In this document: in pieces, positions 8,393 through 17,467 of the stretch
Layout of the letters: each line of letters opens with the position of its first letter
Numbering within the stretch: the first letter of the stretch is position 1
From: a virus
Lineage: Duplodnaviria > Caudoviricetes
Strand: one strand, 5' to 3'
IMG/VR virus record: IMGVR_UViG_3300036781_000312
Span: 1 to 53,988 of that record
DNA length: 53,988 nt
Notes under the pieces: model-generated
What the model was told of the DNA's origin: nothing
What the model saw: only the letters and a program-made list of their open reading frames with translations
Database searches by the model: none
Translations under genes and position numbers: made by a program

Positions 8393-8941
8393 TCAGTGGT
8401 AGTCGGTGAACTTCAAAATCTTGTCTACGATTTCATCCAGCTCGGCGCGGCCCGCGTAGTTCGTCAGCACGCGATCGAGCAGCACCTGGGCCACGGCGTC
8501 GTAGAGGCGGTCGAACTCGTCGTCCTCCATGTTTGCGAAGGCGATGGATTTGGCGACAACCTGCATGCGCCCTTCCAGGTCCCAGTGCTGCTCGTAGTAA
8601 CCGGCCAGCTTGGTCACATCCTTGCGGAACGTGTCGAAATTCTTTTCCACCAGCATGCCCCGGTAGGTCTTGTGGACCCGCTTGGCACCCCAGTGCTCAA
8701 ACCCGAGATTGAGCAGCGCGAAAAACTTCCGATGTTTGATCGGGTCGCGCGGGAAAACGAGGGATAGGTTGAACATTTCCCCCTGTTCGGCTTTGAACAG
8801 GCGGGTGAGGAACTTGCGCCACTTCTTCGCATCGTCGTCGGTGAGCCCGCCGACGCAATCCAGCAAGGTGCGATGTAGCGCGGCGCGCTCGACCTCGGTG
8901 AGCGCGAAGGGCTCTTTGACGACAATGGAAAGATCGGCCAC
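8393..8941 (-). CDS. DUF1367-family protein
   Basis: HRKFFALL...FRKDVTKLAGYY...SIAFANMEDDEFDRLY. Confidence 0.8.
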   Translation of the reverse strand: MADLSIVVKEPFALTEVERAALHRTLLDCVGGLTDDDAKKWRKFLTRLFKAEQGEMFNLSLVFPRDPIKHRKFFALLNLGFEHWGAKRVHKTYRGMLVEKNFDTFRKDVTKLAGYYEQHWDLEGRMQVVAKSIAFANMEDDEFDRLYDAVAQVLLDRVLTNYAGRAELDEIVDKILKFTDYH

Positions 8942-8952
8942 GACGCGGGTTC

Positions 8953-9228
8953 CTAGTTGATGCGGAGATAGTCGAACTTGCCCTTGATGCGTTCCTTGAG
9001 AAACGCTCCCTTCGACTCGGCGGCCATGAACTCGGTGTGCACCTCCGGCGGCACGGCGCTGTAGTGGTAGAGGCTGGCGGGCGCATTGGGGCCGCGTTCA
9101 CCCTTGTAGCCGCCTTGATAGAACGCGACCGCGAGGGTGTTGGTGGGGGAGTCGTAGCCGATTTCCTTGATCTGGTGCGACTGGACCGCGACCATGGCGA
9201 TGTTGAGCCGGGCGATTTGGGTGTCCAT
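8953..9228 (-). CDS. KTSC-domain protein
   Basis: VQSHQIKEIGYD...YHYSAVP...AESKGAFL. Confidence 0.88.
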   Translation of the reverse strand: MDTQIARLNIAMVAVQSHQIKEIGYDSPTNTLAVAFYQGGYKGERGPNAPASLYHYSAVPPEVHTEFMAAESKGAFLKERIKGKFDYLRIN

Positions 9229-9256
9229 GCGGTTCTCCTGGGTGAACTGGTGGGGA

Positions 9257-10942
9257 TCAGGCGCTGGCGGACTGGAAGTGGCGGGAAACCGCCTCCAGAT
9301 CCATTTCCAGCAACCAGGTAATGACGCGGGCGTGGGGCACTTGGTAGGTGGTCGCCAGGGCGTGCACCATCGCCGCGTCGGTAGGCCGGGTGGCAGCGGA
9401 CGGCGCCGGGGTGGTGGCGCGCATCGGAATCACGTTGCGGGAGGCGTCGGAAGCCGCCGTGGTGGCGCTGGCGGCTGATGCCTGGGGTTCCGGGTTGGGC
9501 GCGACATGAGAGGCGGTGACGACAGCCTGCGGAGCAAGTTCGGCGCGCTGTTCGTTGGCGAGAGATGCCGCAGCCGCCGCTTGGCGCGCGCGCTCCTCTT
9601 CCTGGAGGCGCGCGGCTTCCTCGGCGCGAATGCGCTCCCGCTCCTCGTCCATGCGCTTTTGCTCCCCCGCCTCAAACTCGGAGACGCGCAGTTTGACCAG
9701 CGGCTGGAAATCATCGGCCGCTTTGAGGATGATCTGGCCGACGTCGTGGAACAGGTGGGTGTGGTGCCCGCCGTTGTCCGCCAGATAGCGGATGTTCGCC
9801 ATGATCCCGTCGCCGATGAGGGTGGCCGCTGCCTTGGCGCGCGCCAGTTCGGCGTCCGCGCCATCCTGCACGCCCTTGAGCGATTTTTTGCCCTTGATCG
9901 CCGCCTGAAAATCCGCCGCAACCGGGGGCATGTAATTGCGACCGATGCGCTGATTCAGCGCCGCGATGTGCGCCGCCAGCGCGTCCTTGCCCTTTTGTAC
10001 GGTGGCCGCGCGCAGGTTCTTTTTCTGCGCTTCGACCTGCGCATTGAGCGTAAGCCGCGTACTGCGCGCTACCTCAACAAGGTCCTCCACCGTGCGGCGC
10101 AGCGCTTCCACCGAGACGACCTGCGCCAGAGCGCGATCCAGCGCACCCTGCAGGGCTTCCTCGGAGGCTTCCATCACCTTGATGGCCTTCTCGGCGTCGG
10201 CGAAGGCCTGATCCGTGGCCGGCTTCATGTCGATGGTGGCGATGAAGGCGCGCATTTCGGTGCCGAACACGTCGATGTTCGAAACCACGGTGAGCATGCC
10301 GTTCACCTTCACATCGAGCACCGGCAGGGACTTCACCGGCGCCGCAACGGCGGGTGCCTTGGCTTCGACGTGCTGGTAATTTGCCAGGTCCCGGTCGAAC
10401 TGATCCCATGCGGCAACGAGCTGCGCGGCGCGGCCGGGGACGGCGCGGTATTCCATGTGCACGAAGCGTTCCGGCGTGCCGTTACTACAAACGAAAATCA
10501 CGCGCTCCAGCCCGCCGACCAGAATCTGGTGCTCAAGCTGCCAGTAATAGTGCGGCTCCAGTTCGCCGGCGCGCACCTGTTCGGCCAGGCGCTCGTTCCA
10601 GAGCTTGTGCTCGTAGCCGGTCCGATGCGTCATGGTCAGGCCGTCGTAGGACGCCAGCAGGCGCTCCGCATCATCGGTGGCCGTGATCGGATATAGCTCC
10701 TCCCCGATCAAGTCCTCCACCAGCGGGCGCGCGCTGGCCTCTGTGGCATGGCCGCGGTCGAACAGTGCCCGCTTGGCGGGATCGATTTCCTCGGTTTCGC
10801 CGGTGGCGCGTTCGCGCAGCAGATCGGAGCGCGATTTGTACTTACTCTCGCCCATCACCGCCGGCGCATCGGAGGCGCAGTGGTGCAGCGCACGCGCCGC
10901 CAGCCATTCAGGGGTGCCCTGGTCAACGGGTAGGATTTTCAC
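9257..10942 (-). CDS. YqaJ/lambda-exonuclease family protein
   Basis: QGTPEWLAAR, ASD, GHATE, ASYDG, EHK, YYWQ. Confidence 0.9.
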   Translation of the reverse strand: MKILPVDQGTPEWLAARALHHCASDAPAVMGESKYKSRSDLLRERATGETEEIDPAKRALFDRGHATEASARPLVEDLIGEELYPITATDDAERLLASYDGLTMTHRTGYEHKLWNERLAEQVRAGELEPHYYWQLEHQILVGGLERVIFVCSNGTPERFVHMEYRAVPGRAAQLVAAWDQFDRDLANYQHVEAKAPAVAAPVKSLPVLDVKVNGMLTVVSNIDVFGTEMRAFIATIDMKPATDQAFADAEKAIKVMEASEEALQGALDRALAQVVSVEALRRTVEDLVEVARSTRLTLNAQVEAQKKNLRAATVQKGKDALAAHIAALNQRIGRNYMPPVAADFQAAIKGKKSLKGVQDGADAELARAKAAATLIGDGIMANIRYLADNGGHHTHLFHDVGQIILKAADDFQPLVKLRVSEFEAGEQKRMDEERERIRAEEAARLQEEERARQAAAAASLANEQRAELAPQAVVTASHVAPNPEPQASAASATTAASDASRNVIPMRATTPAPSAATRPTDAAMVHALATTYQVPHARVITWLLEMDLEAVSRHFQSASA

Positions 10943-12135
10943 TTGCCACCTCCGACGGGATCATTGATAAAGGCGATCGCCTGCTCGACCTGCTCGGCAG
11001 TGATCGTGTCCAGGGACTTCACGCCCAGGTGCTTGCAGATTTCAGCCTCGGTGATCGCCGCGCGTTTGGCTTTCGCGCGCAGGCCTTCGAGAATGGAGGC
11101 GCCGACCTTGGTGCCGTCACCACCCTGCCCTTGCTGGTCGCCGCCAAGCGCCGGCGGCTCGGCGGGTGCGTTCAGCGCCGCCAGTTGCTCGGCAGAGAGC
11201 GTGCCTTTGCTGGCGACCATCGCGGCGATGTCGTCCGCCGTCTTCTGGCCGCTGTGGATCATGGCGCGCCAGTTTTCGACGTTCTTCTTGAACATCGCCT
11301 CCGGGTACGCGGGCTTTTCCTTCGCCGTCGGCGCGCCGCTGCCCTGCCCGCCGGTGTTGGTCGGCTCGAATTCGAACCACTCCGTCGGCGTGCTCATGTC
11401 ATCGCGGAGGCTGGCGTAAATCTTCCGCAGGTTGACGACCTGTGCCGGCTGGATCGCATCAATGCGACGTTGGATGCGCTTCTCGATCATTTCTTTCGTG
11501 ACCTCGAACTCCGCGAAGGCATCCACCAACTTTTTCATCGCCTCTGGCGAGGTGTCGGCCTTGGCGCGCAGTGTCAGTTCGCATTGCGCCCGCGCCGCCT
11601 CAACGACATCACCGGGCAGTACAGTCAGCAGCACGGCGCGTTTGCGGCGCTGCCCCATGTTGGCGGTGAGTTCGTAGATGTCGCGCTCGTCAGTGAGGGC
11701 GTAGCCGCCCTTCTTCGTGTCGCGCCAGTGCCGAATTTGGAATTGGCGTTCGTCATAAAAACCTGTCTCCAGGTCCCAGGCGTAAGCGACGCATTCGCTA
11801 TAGCCGTTGGCGCGGCTTACTTCCTTAATGCCGGAGGCGATGTTTCCCCAGTCGCGAGCGATGGACTCGGCCAATTTGATCGAGGGACCGGATACATCAC
11901 TGCCGCCGCGCGCATATTGGTAGATGGCGACCTCTGCCAGCGTCGGGCGCATGCAGGCCTGCATGATTTTGTCCATCGCACGCTTCTCGTCGCGGGGATT
12001 GGCACGCGCGATCATCATGCGAGCTTGAATCTCCGCGATGGCGCGCTGCTGCTCGATAGCGACCAGGGCGCCGACAGGCTGCAATACGCTGGCTTGCTGG
12101 CCCGCAAACGGCGATTCGATAACCTCGGTGGTCAT
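10939..12135 (-). CDS. Putative single-strand annealing/recombination protein
   Basis: Coupled to YqaJ in the usual annealase position; family not recognised. Confidence 0.55.
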   Translation of the reverse strand: MTTEVIESPFAGQQASVLQPVGALVAIEQQRAIAEIQARMMIARANPRDEKRAMDKIMQACMRPTLAEVAIYQYARGGSDVSGPSIKLAESIARDWGNIASGIKEVSRANGYSECVAYAWDLETGFYDERQFQIRHWRDTKKGGYALTDERDIYELTANMGQRRKRAVLLTVLPGDVVEAARAQCELTLRAKADTSPEAMKKLVDAFAEFEVTKEMIEKRIQRRIDAIQPAQVVNLRKIYASLRDDMSTPTEWFEFEPTNTGGQGSGAPTAKEKPAYPEAMFKKNVENWRAMIHSGQKTADDIAAMVASKGTLSAEQLAALNAPAEPPALGGDQQGQGGDGTKVGASILEGLRAKAKRAAITEAEICKHLGVKSLDTITAEQVEQAIAFINDPVGGGK

Positions 12136-12644
12136 GCTGCTTTCCTTCCAAGTTGGTGCATGGCGATCACCGCGTCGGTGTGCATGCTGATTTTTTCCGG
12201 CAGGCTCAAGTTGCCGGCCTGCAAATTGCAGGCGCTATGCGCCAGGGCCAGATTGGTAATATGTGAGGGGCCGCCGTGAGTGGCCGACAGCAAGTGCTCC
12301 ACGGTCATGTCGTCACCGAGCGGGAAGAGGCAGTAAAAACAGTCGCAGCCATCGCGCTCGAGAAGCGTGCGAACGGTCACGTCCTTGACATGCTTCCGCG
12401 TCGCTGCCTTCGTGACGCGATAGGGATTGCCCCGCGAGTAACAATTCCACGCTGGTGCGGCGTCGCCGGTGAAAGTCAGGTTTCCGCCCTTGTCGCGGTA
12501 GACAATGCTGGTGCCGCGGTCGCCGCGAAAACGGAGCATTTCCCATTCGTTCGTCGGCGCCAGCATTTCGCCGCCAGCTTCCGACAGCCATGCCGAAAAC
12601 TTCGGCAACTTCTTCTTGAAGGTTGCAAGGGTCGGCGTGCTCAT
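12132..12644 (-). CDS. HNH endonuclease
   Basis: RDGCDCFYC...TVEHL...HGG...NLALAHSACN. Confidence 0.88.
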   Translation of the reverse strand: MSTPTLATFKKKLPKFSAWLSEAGGEMLAPTNEWEMLRFRGDRGTSIVYRDKGGNLTFTGDAAPAWNCYSRGNPYRVTKAATRKHVKDVTVRTLLERDGCDCFYCLFPLGDDMTVEHLLSATHGGPSHITNLALAHSACNLQAGNLSLPEKISMHTDAVIAMHQLGRKAA

Positions 12645-12898
12645 CGCTTGCCCCCTTCGATCGCACGCAGCGCCGGCCGGGCGCGGCCGTAGTTGTGATA
12701 AATGACTTTCCCGGCAGCCTTACGCGCCAGCACCGGCTCACTCAGCAGCAGGCGAGCACGCTGCAAGTCCGCCGCCCGGCGGGTGGCGCGCACCAAGCGC
12801 TGCTCGCTCGTCTGGTGCACGGACATGAGGAACAGAACATCCTCGTCGGCGATGCAGCAGCGGGCGCGCAGGATCAGGTCTTTCAGGGCGCGGATCAT
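12641..12898 (-). CDS. Hypothetical protein
   Basis: Coupled ORF. Confidence 0.6.
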   Translation of the reverse strand: MIRALKDLILRARCCIADEDVLFLMSVHQTSEQRLVRATRRAADLQRARLLLSEPVLARKAAGKVIYHNYGRARPALRAIEGGKR

Positions 12899-13182
12899 GC
12901 TGCTGCCCTCCCCGCCACCGCACGCATGCGCTGATTCGGGCGGATGTACTTGAGGTAGTAGCCGAGGACGGCGCGCGCCGCGATGGCGTTCTGTTCACGC
13001 AGCAGCGCGGCGTGGACAATGCCGTTGTCGGCCAGCCGGTCCTTGCGCTCTTGGACGCGCGGGCGGGCTTCGGCGGCGATGGCCTGGGCGCGCGCCAGCT
13101 TGGCGTCGCGGTCGTTATGCGGGCAGCCGTCGAGGTAGAAACAGGGCTCGTCCGGGGCGCGGTTGCATGCGTCGCAAGTCAT
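12895..13182 (-). CDS. Hypothetical protein
   Basis: Coupled ORF. Confidence 0.6.
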   Translation of the reverse strand: MTCDACNRAPDEPCFYLDGCPHNDRDAKLARAQAIAAEARPRVQERKDRLADNGIVHAALLREQNAIAARAVLGYYLKYIRPNQRMRAVAGRAAA

Positions 13183-13295
13183 ACGCAGCCCCCGCAGGTA
13201 ACAAAGGCGATGGCGATCACCGCGCCACAGCAGGCGCCGATGAGCAGCGTCAGCACCATTTGCGTGGTGGTGTAGGAGATTTCGCGGGATTCCAC
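13179..13295 (-). CDS. Small membrane peptide
   Basis: GTG start, one hydrophobic helix. Confidence 0.45.
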   Translation of the reverse strand: MESREISYTTTQMVLTLLIGACCGAVIAIAFVTCGGCV

Positions 13296-13297
13296 GA

Positions 13298-13438
13298 TCA
13301 ATCCCCCACGCGACGGTAGAAGTAACGGCAGGCGCCGTACTCCGTGTCCAGGCGATCGCGCTTGCGAATCGCCGAATTGAGCGAGGCGGAGGCCTTGCCC
13401 ACCGGCGCGCCGGTGCGGGTGTCGAAGACCTGAAACAT
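13298..13438 (-). CDS. Small hypothetical protein (MFQVFDTRTG...)
   Basis: 46-aa ORF read by hand; fills the gap in the operon. Confidence 0.5.
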   Translation of the reverse strand: MFQVFDTRTGAPVGKASASLNSAIRKRDRLDTEYGACRYFYRRVGD

Positions 13439-13440
13439 GC

Positions 13441-13743
13441 TCAGTCCCCCGTCCAGTTGCGCCCGCTGCGCGCGCCGTCGATCGGCTTGGCGATCTGCGC
13501 CATGTCGATGCGGATTTCGGGGATACCGGCGTAGGCCAGCGCGCAGTGAGCGGCATTCGCGCGCATCAATTCGTCATAGCAACGGGTGATGGCTTCGCGC
13601 CAGGCTTGCAGGGAACCGAACGCAACCTCGCCCTGCTTCGGGGTGAGGCTGCGCATGGTGATGTAGGCGCTGCTGGCGTCGAGGGCCGCGATATGGGCCT
13701 CGTCGATCGCTTCCTGCCGGGTGTCGGTGGTGGCGGTGTTCAC
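13441..13743 (-). CDS. First gene of PL operon, hypothetical
   Basis: GTG with RBS GACAGGAGG. Confidence 0.7.
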   Translation of the reverse strand: MNTATTDTRQEAIDEAHIAALDASSAYITMRSLTPKQGEVAFGSLQAWREAITRCYDELMRANAAHCALAYAGIPEIRIDMAQIAKPIDGARSGRNWTGD

Positions 13744-13837
13744 GGTACTACCTCCTGTCTCTGCCTTTGGTGTTCCAGCACCGCAGGCTTCGGTTTGGTT
13801 TTCATCTATCGGCGGCTAGCGACCACCGATGAATTGA

Positions 13838-13878
13838 ATTATACGCTTTCGTATTTTTGTGTCAATACGTTTTCGCAT
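13838..13878 (-). promoter_or_regulatory. PL promoter (TTGACA-16-TATAAT) with operators at 13841..13854 and 13865..13878
   Basis: Consensus hexamers overlapped by ATACG-N4-CG(T/C)AT palindromes. Confidence 0.88.
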
Positions 13879-13920
13879 TTATTTTTGCCAAATGGAGTTC
13901 CATACAGTAAATTCCACTGT

Positions 13921-14148
13921 ATGGATATGAGAAATTCGCTTGATTGGGTGGGGTGTGCGGCGGGAATCGCCGGCGCCGGCCTATTGGCGGCGAATCAGCC
14001 CTTTTCGGGCTGGGGGTTCGTGCTTTTTCTGATCAGCAATGCATGCTGGTATGTGCACGGCCGCCGCCAAGGGGTGGCGGCGATGAGCGTGATGCAGGCC
14101 GGTTTTACCGTGACCAGCCTGTGCGGGATATGGCGCTGGCTGGCGTAG
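13921..14148 (+). CDS. Small multi-pass membrane protein (moron)
   Basis: Three hydrophobic segments; oriented opposite to neighbours. Confidence 0.65.
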   Translation: MDMRNSLDWVGCAAGIAGAGLLAANQPFSGWGFVLFLISNACWYVHGRRQGVAAMSVMQAGFTVTSLCGIWRWLA

Positions 14149-14153
14149 GCCAG

Positions 14154-14591
14154 CTATTTTTTGTGCAGTAGGTTCGTGATCAGCGGGAACAGGAATGTCG
14201 TCTGGAGGTTAAAGACGTCGCCCTGCTCACCCGGATTGACCTGATAGACGAACGACGATTCCGAATGCAGCGGCGCGCTCTTCCCCGGCTGCGCGTCGAG
14301 ATACACGCGCGCGCCGCATGTCAGCGATTTTGTGCCGTAATCCGAACTCTCTGCATGCCAGAACTTGATGTCGATTTTCAGTAGCTGGTCGATGCGCGCC
14401 CTGCGCTGGTCCGCTGTTTCGTTCTCTTTCCAGGCGCCTTCAGTGTTCAGCAACTGCTCGTAGATCGCGTCCTTGAGCAACTTGGTAACGCCGGTTTTCA
14501 CCTCTGGCTCCCAGCAGCGCTCCGCCTTCGGCGCGCAGCCTTGGAGCAATGCCAGGCCAAGCACGCACGCTGATATTTTTATTGCTTTCAC
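14154..14591 (-). CDS. Lipoprotein co-transcribed with cI
   Basis: Signal peptide with lipobox LQGC; directly downstream of the repressor. Confidence 0.8.
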   Translation of the reverse strand: MKAIKISACVLGLALLQGCAPKAERCWEPEVKTGVTKLLKDAIYEQLLNTEGAWKENETADQRRARIDQLLKIDIKFWHAESSDYGTKSLTCGARVYLDAQPGKSAPLHSESSFVYQVNPGEQGDVFNLQTTFLFPLITNLLHKK

Positions 14592-14603
14592 GTCGCCACC
14601 TTT

Positions 14604-15317
14604 TTAGAAGAAGCGCATCACCATTTCGCGCACCACGCCGCAGATCACCGCGTCGTCGCGCAGCTCCATCGTCGGGAAGGCTGGGTTTAGCGGCTGGAGG
14701 AACTGCCGGCCACCGTCGCGCACCAGGCGCTTGAACGTGACTTCCTCGTCAAACCCCTGCCGCGCCACTACAAAGTGGTTCGGCAGCGCCTCGATGTCGG
14801 GCTCCACGATGATGATGCAGCCGTGCGGGAAGCTGGGCGAACCGTTCGGGTTTTCCATGCTCGGCCCGTTCACGCGCAGCGCGAAGGTGTGCTTGCGGAT
14901 CGGCACTGTGGTATCGACCCACTCCTCCGCATCACCAGGTGAAAAGTTGTCGACTACGTTGGCCCAGTCGCCGGCCTGTACCCAGGAGATCAAGGGAACG
15001 CTTCCCTGTTTATTCGGGCCGACGGACAGGTTGCTCTTGCCTTCCGCGTCGGCCACGTTTGTTAGTTTCGCCTCGATCATCGACACGGTGTTGGAGTCGT
15101 TCTTCACCAGGATGTCGGGCGCGCCGTAACGCAGCTCCTTTACCGAAATCCGGAAATAGGCGGCCAGCGGTTCGATGGTTTTGTCCCGCGGGCTTTCGTG
15201 CTCGCCGGACAGGATGCGATGGATGGTTGGCTGAGGAACCTTCGTCACGAGGGCGAGCTGAGTGGCGTTCATGCGCCTGTTGTCGAGCAGCTTCTGGAGG
15301 TTTTCAGCAATCGGCAT
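14604..15317 (-). CDS. cI: CI-like repressor (HTH + S24 peptidase)
   Basis: N-terminal HTH, VQAG cleavage site, VNGPSM serine, TFKRL lysine; start 15317 or 15320. Confidence 0.95.
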   Translation of the reverse strand: MPIAENLQKLLDNRRMNATQLALVTKVPQPTIHRILSGEHESPRDKTIEPLAAYFRISVKELRYGAPDILVKNDSNTVSMIEAKLTNVADAEGKSNLSVGPNKQGSVPLISWVQAGDWANVVDNFSPGDAEEWVDTTVPIRKHTFALRVNGPSMENPNGSPSFPHGCIIIVEPDIEALPNHFVVARQGFDEEVTFKRLVRDGGRQFLQPLNPAFPTMELRDDAVICGVVREMVMRFF

Positions 15318-15323
15318 CATCGA

Positions 15324-15399
15324 AAAATACGCCAGCGTATAGCCGCGAGCAAGAAATAATCCGTTTTCGTATTGACATAGCAATACGCTTTCGTATAAT
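15324..15399. promoter_or_regulatory. PR (TTGACA-16-TATAAT), putative PRM (TTGCTC-17-TATTTT, minus) and three operators (15327..15340, 15359..15372, 15383..15396)
   Basis: Same ATACG-N4-CGTAT palindrome as at PL; divergent cI/cro layout. Confidence 0.88.
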
Positions 15400-15406
15400 C
15401 GGCCTG

Positions 15407-15631
15407 ATGAAACCTGATCAGACCTCGTTGGAAGCCCCGAAAACCGTCCAGGTGATGTTGGAGGAGTTGAAGGCCAAAGACCTCACCGACATCGAAATTC
15501 ACCGGCGGACCGGTATCCCGCAGGCGACCGTGACCCGTTTGCGCAACGGCACCCACGAGGACACCAACTACCAATACGGCAAGAGGATCGAGGCCCTGCA
15601 CGGCGAGGTTTGCGAAAAGGAAGGTGCGTGA
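15407..15631 (+). CDS. cro: Cro-like HTH protein
   Basis: IHRRTGIPQATVTRLRNG HTH; divergent from cI. Confidence 0.85.
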   Translation: MKPDQTSLEAPKTVQVMLEELKAKDLTDIEIHRRTGIPQATVTRLRNGTHEDTNYQYGKRIEALHGEVCEKEGA

Positions 15632-15676
15632 CATGACCAGCATCGTCCTTTTTATTTGTCCGGAGGGGATAGTCAA

Positions 15677-16093
15677 GTGAAGTCAAAAGATTTGCACACG
15701 CTTGAGCTACCCCTGTCGCCGCGAGCGAACCACGTCGAGTTGCCGCTGGCGACGGTCATCGCCCAGCCAACGATGTCGCGGGCGATCGCCCTGTGCGTTC
15801 AGGTGTCGGGACTGGACGACAAAGAGGTAGGCCGAAGCCTGGAAATCGATCCGGGGCACTGGACGCGGATCATGAATGGCAGCGGCCATTTCCCGACTGA
15901 CAAGTTGGACTCCCTCTGCGACCTTTGCGGCAACGAGGCGCCCTTGCAATGGTGGGCACACAAGCGCGGCAAGGGCTTGGTGCTGTTGAAGTCCGAAGCG
16001 GAGCGCCGCGCCGAAGCGGCCGAGGAGCGCGCCAGGATCGCCGAGGAGGCCTTGCGCACCCTTGCGCGGGCGATGCAGGGACATGCAGAATGA
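15677..16093 (+). CDS. CII-like transcriptional regulator
   Basis: HTH-like segment; position after cro. Confidence 0.65.
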   Translation: MKSKDLHTLELPLSPRANHVELPLATVIAQPTMSRAIALCVQVSGLDDKEVGRSLEIDPGHWTRIMNGSGHFPTDKLDSLCDLCGNEAPLQWWAHKRGKGLVLLKSEAERRAEAAEERARIAEEALRTLARAMQGHAE

Positions 16094-16461
16094 CCCAGCT
16101 CGCCCTCAACATCCCGCCGCGCCCGAACCCGGACGCCGCCACCGCGCGCGCCGAGCGTGACGCGGGCATCGCCAATGCCGCCGCCGGCGCCGAGCACGAC
16201 GCGCCGGGCTGGGGCGACCTCGCCCTGGAGTGGATTCGGTCCTACGCGCTCACGCACGCCAGCTTCATCAGCGAGGAATGCACCGCGGCCTCGGTCGAAT
16301 GGGGGCTGGTGCAGCCGGCCAACCCGAAGTCGTGGGGCCTGCCCTTCCGAATGGCCGCGCGCGACGGAATCATTAAGCGTGACGGCTTCGGCGTGAGCAA
16401 CCGGCGGCATTGCTCCCCTACCCCGCTCTGGCGTAGCCAGTTGTTCAAAGCGGCAGCATGA
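16090..16461 (+). CDS. Hypothetical protein
   Basis: ATGA-coupled. Confidence 0.7.
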   Translation: MTQLALNIPPRPNPDAATARAERDAGIANAAAGAEHDAPGWGDLALEWIRSYALTHASFISEECTAASVEWGLVQPANPKSWGLPFRMAARDGIIKRDGFGVSNRRHCSPTPLWRSQLFKAAA

Positions 16462-16718
16462 GCCAGCGCGCCCGCTCCACGCTCGCCGCGCATCTTCCGC
16501 GCCAGAACTGGGCGCTGATCCTGCACGACCTCAAACACAAGGATGTGAGCCAGGCCGAACTGGCGCAGCGCACCGGCATCAGCAGGGCGACCATCTGCCG
16601 CATGGGCCAGGGCACGGAGCCGGCGCACGCAGTGGGCTTGGCGATCCTTGCCATCCATCAGGCCGAGGGTTGCGATCATCGCCCGCTGATTTATCCGGCG
16701 AAGAAATGGAATCCATGA
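16458..16718 (+). CDS. HTH protein
   Basis: SQAELAQRTGISRATICRM. Confidence 0.75.
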   Translation: MSQRARSTLAAHLPRQNWALILHDLKHKDVSQAELAQRTGISRATICRMGQGTEPAHAVGLAILAIHQAEGCDHRPLIYPAKKWNP

Positions 16719-17467
16719 AGCCCGCCGCCGCGCCGAAACAGGCGCTCATCAAGATGATCCAGGGGCTGGCGCGCCGCGTCGACACCTGGACGGTATTCAG
16801 TGATTTCGTCGAGCTGGCCGCGCTGGCCATCAGCAATGCCGTGGACCCGCGCCAGTTCGATGCGCGCGAGGCGCGCTATTTCGAGGTGATCAAGGGCTAC
16901 GAAAAGGACGAGCTCGCCCAATTCCAGCAGATGCTGGGCGAGTTGACGCTGGCGCTGGAAAACGAGCGCACCGACGTGCTGGGCCAGGTTTTCATGCAAC
17001 TCGAGCTGGGCAACAAGTGGGCGGGCCAGTTTTTCACGCCGCAATGCGTGTGCGACCTGATGGCAGGCATAACGCTGCACGACGTCGAGGAGACGCTGGC
17101 GCGCCAGGAGTTCATCACCATCAGCGAGCCCGCTTGCGGAGGCGGCGCGATGCTCATTGGGATTGCCAATCACCTTCATGGCCTGGGCATCAACTACCAG
17201 CGGCGCATGCACATCACCGCCGTGGACGTCGATATCAAGGCGGTGCACATGACCTATGTGCAGTTGTCGCTCCTGGGCGTGCCGGCGGTGGTGGTGCACG
17301 GCAATACGCTGATGCTGGAGGAGCGCAGCCACTGGTTTACGCCCATGCACATGCTCGGGCTTTGGGGTGCGAAGTTGCGCCGGCGTGCGCCGGCGGAAGC
17401 GCCGCCGGCCGTGCGCGCGCCAACCATGCCTCTCGGCGAGCAGCTCGACCTAGGCCTAGCCGCATGA
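16706..17467 (+). CDS. N6-DNA-methylase-like protein lacking an NPPY/F motif
   Basis: GQFFTP and EPACGGG present; protein ends shortly after HGNTL. Confidence 0.8.
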   Translation: MESMKPAAAPKQALIKMIQGLARRVDTWTVFSDFVELAALAISNAVDPRQFDAREARYFEVIKGYEKDELAQFQQMLGELTLALENERTDVLGQVFMQLELGNKWAGQFFTPQCVCDLMAGITLHDVEETLARQEFITISEPACGGGAMLIGIANHLHGLGINYQRRMHITAVDVDIKAVHMTYVQLSLLGVPAVVVHGNTLMLEERSHWFTPMHMLGLWGAKLRRRAPAEAPPAVRAPTMPLGEQLDLGLAA

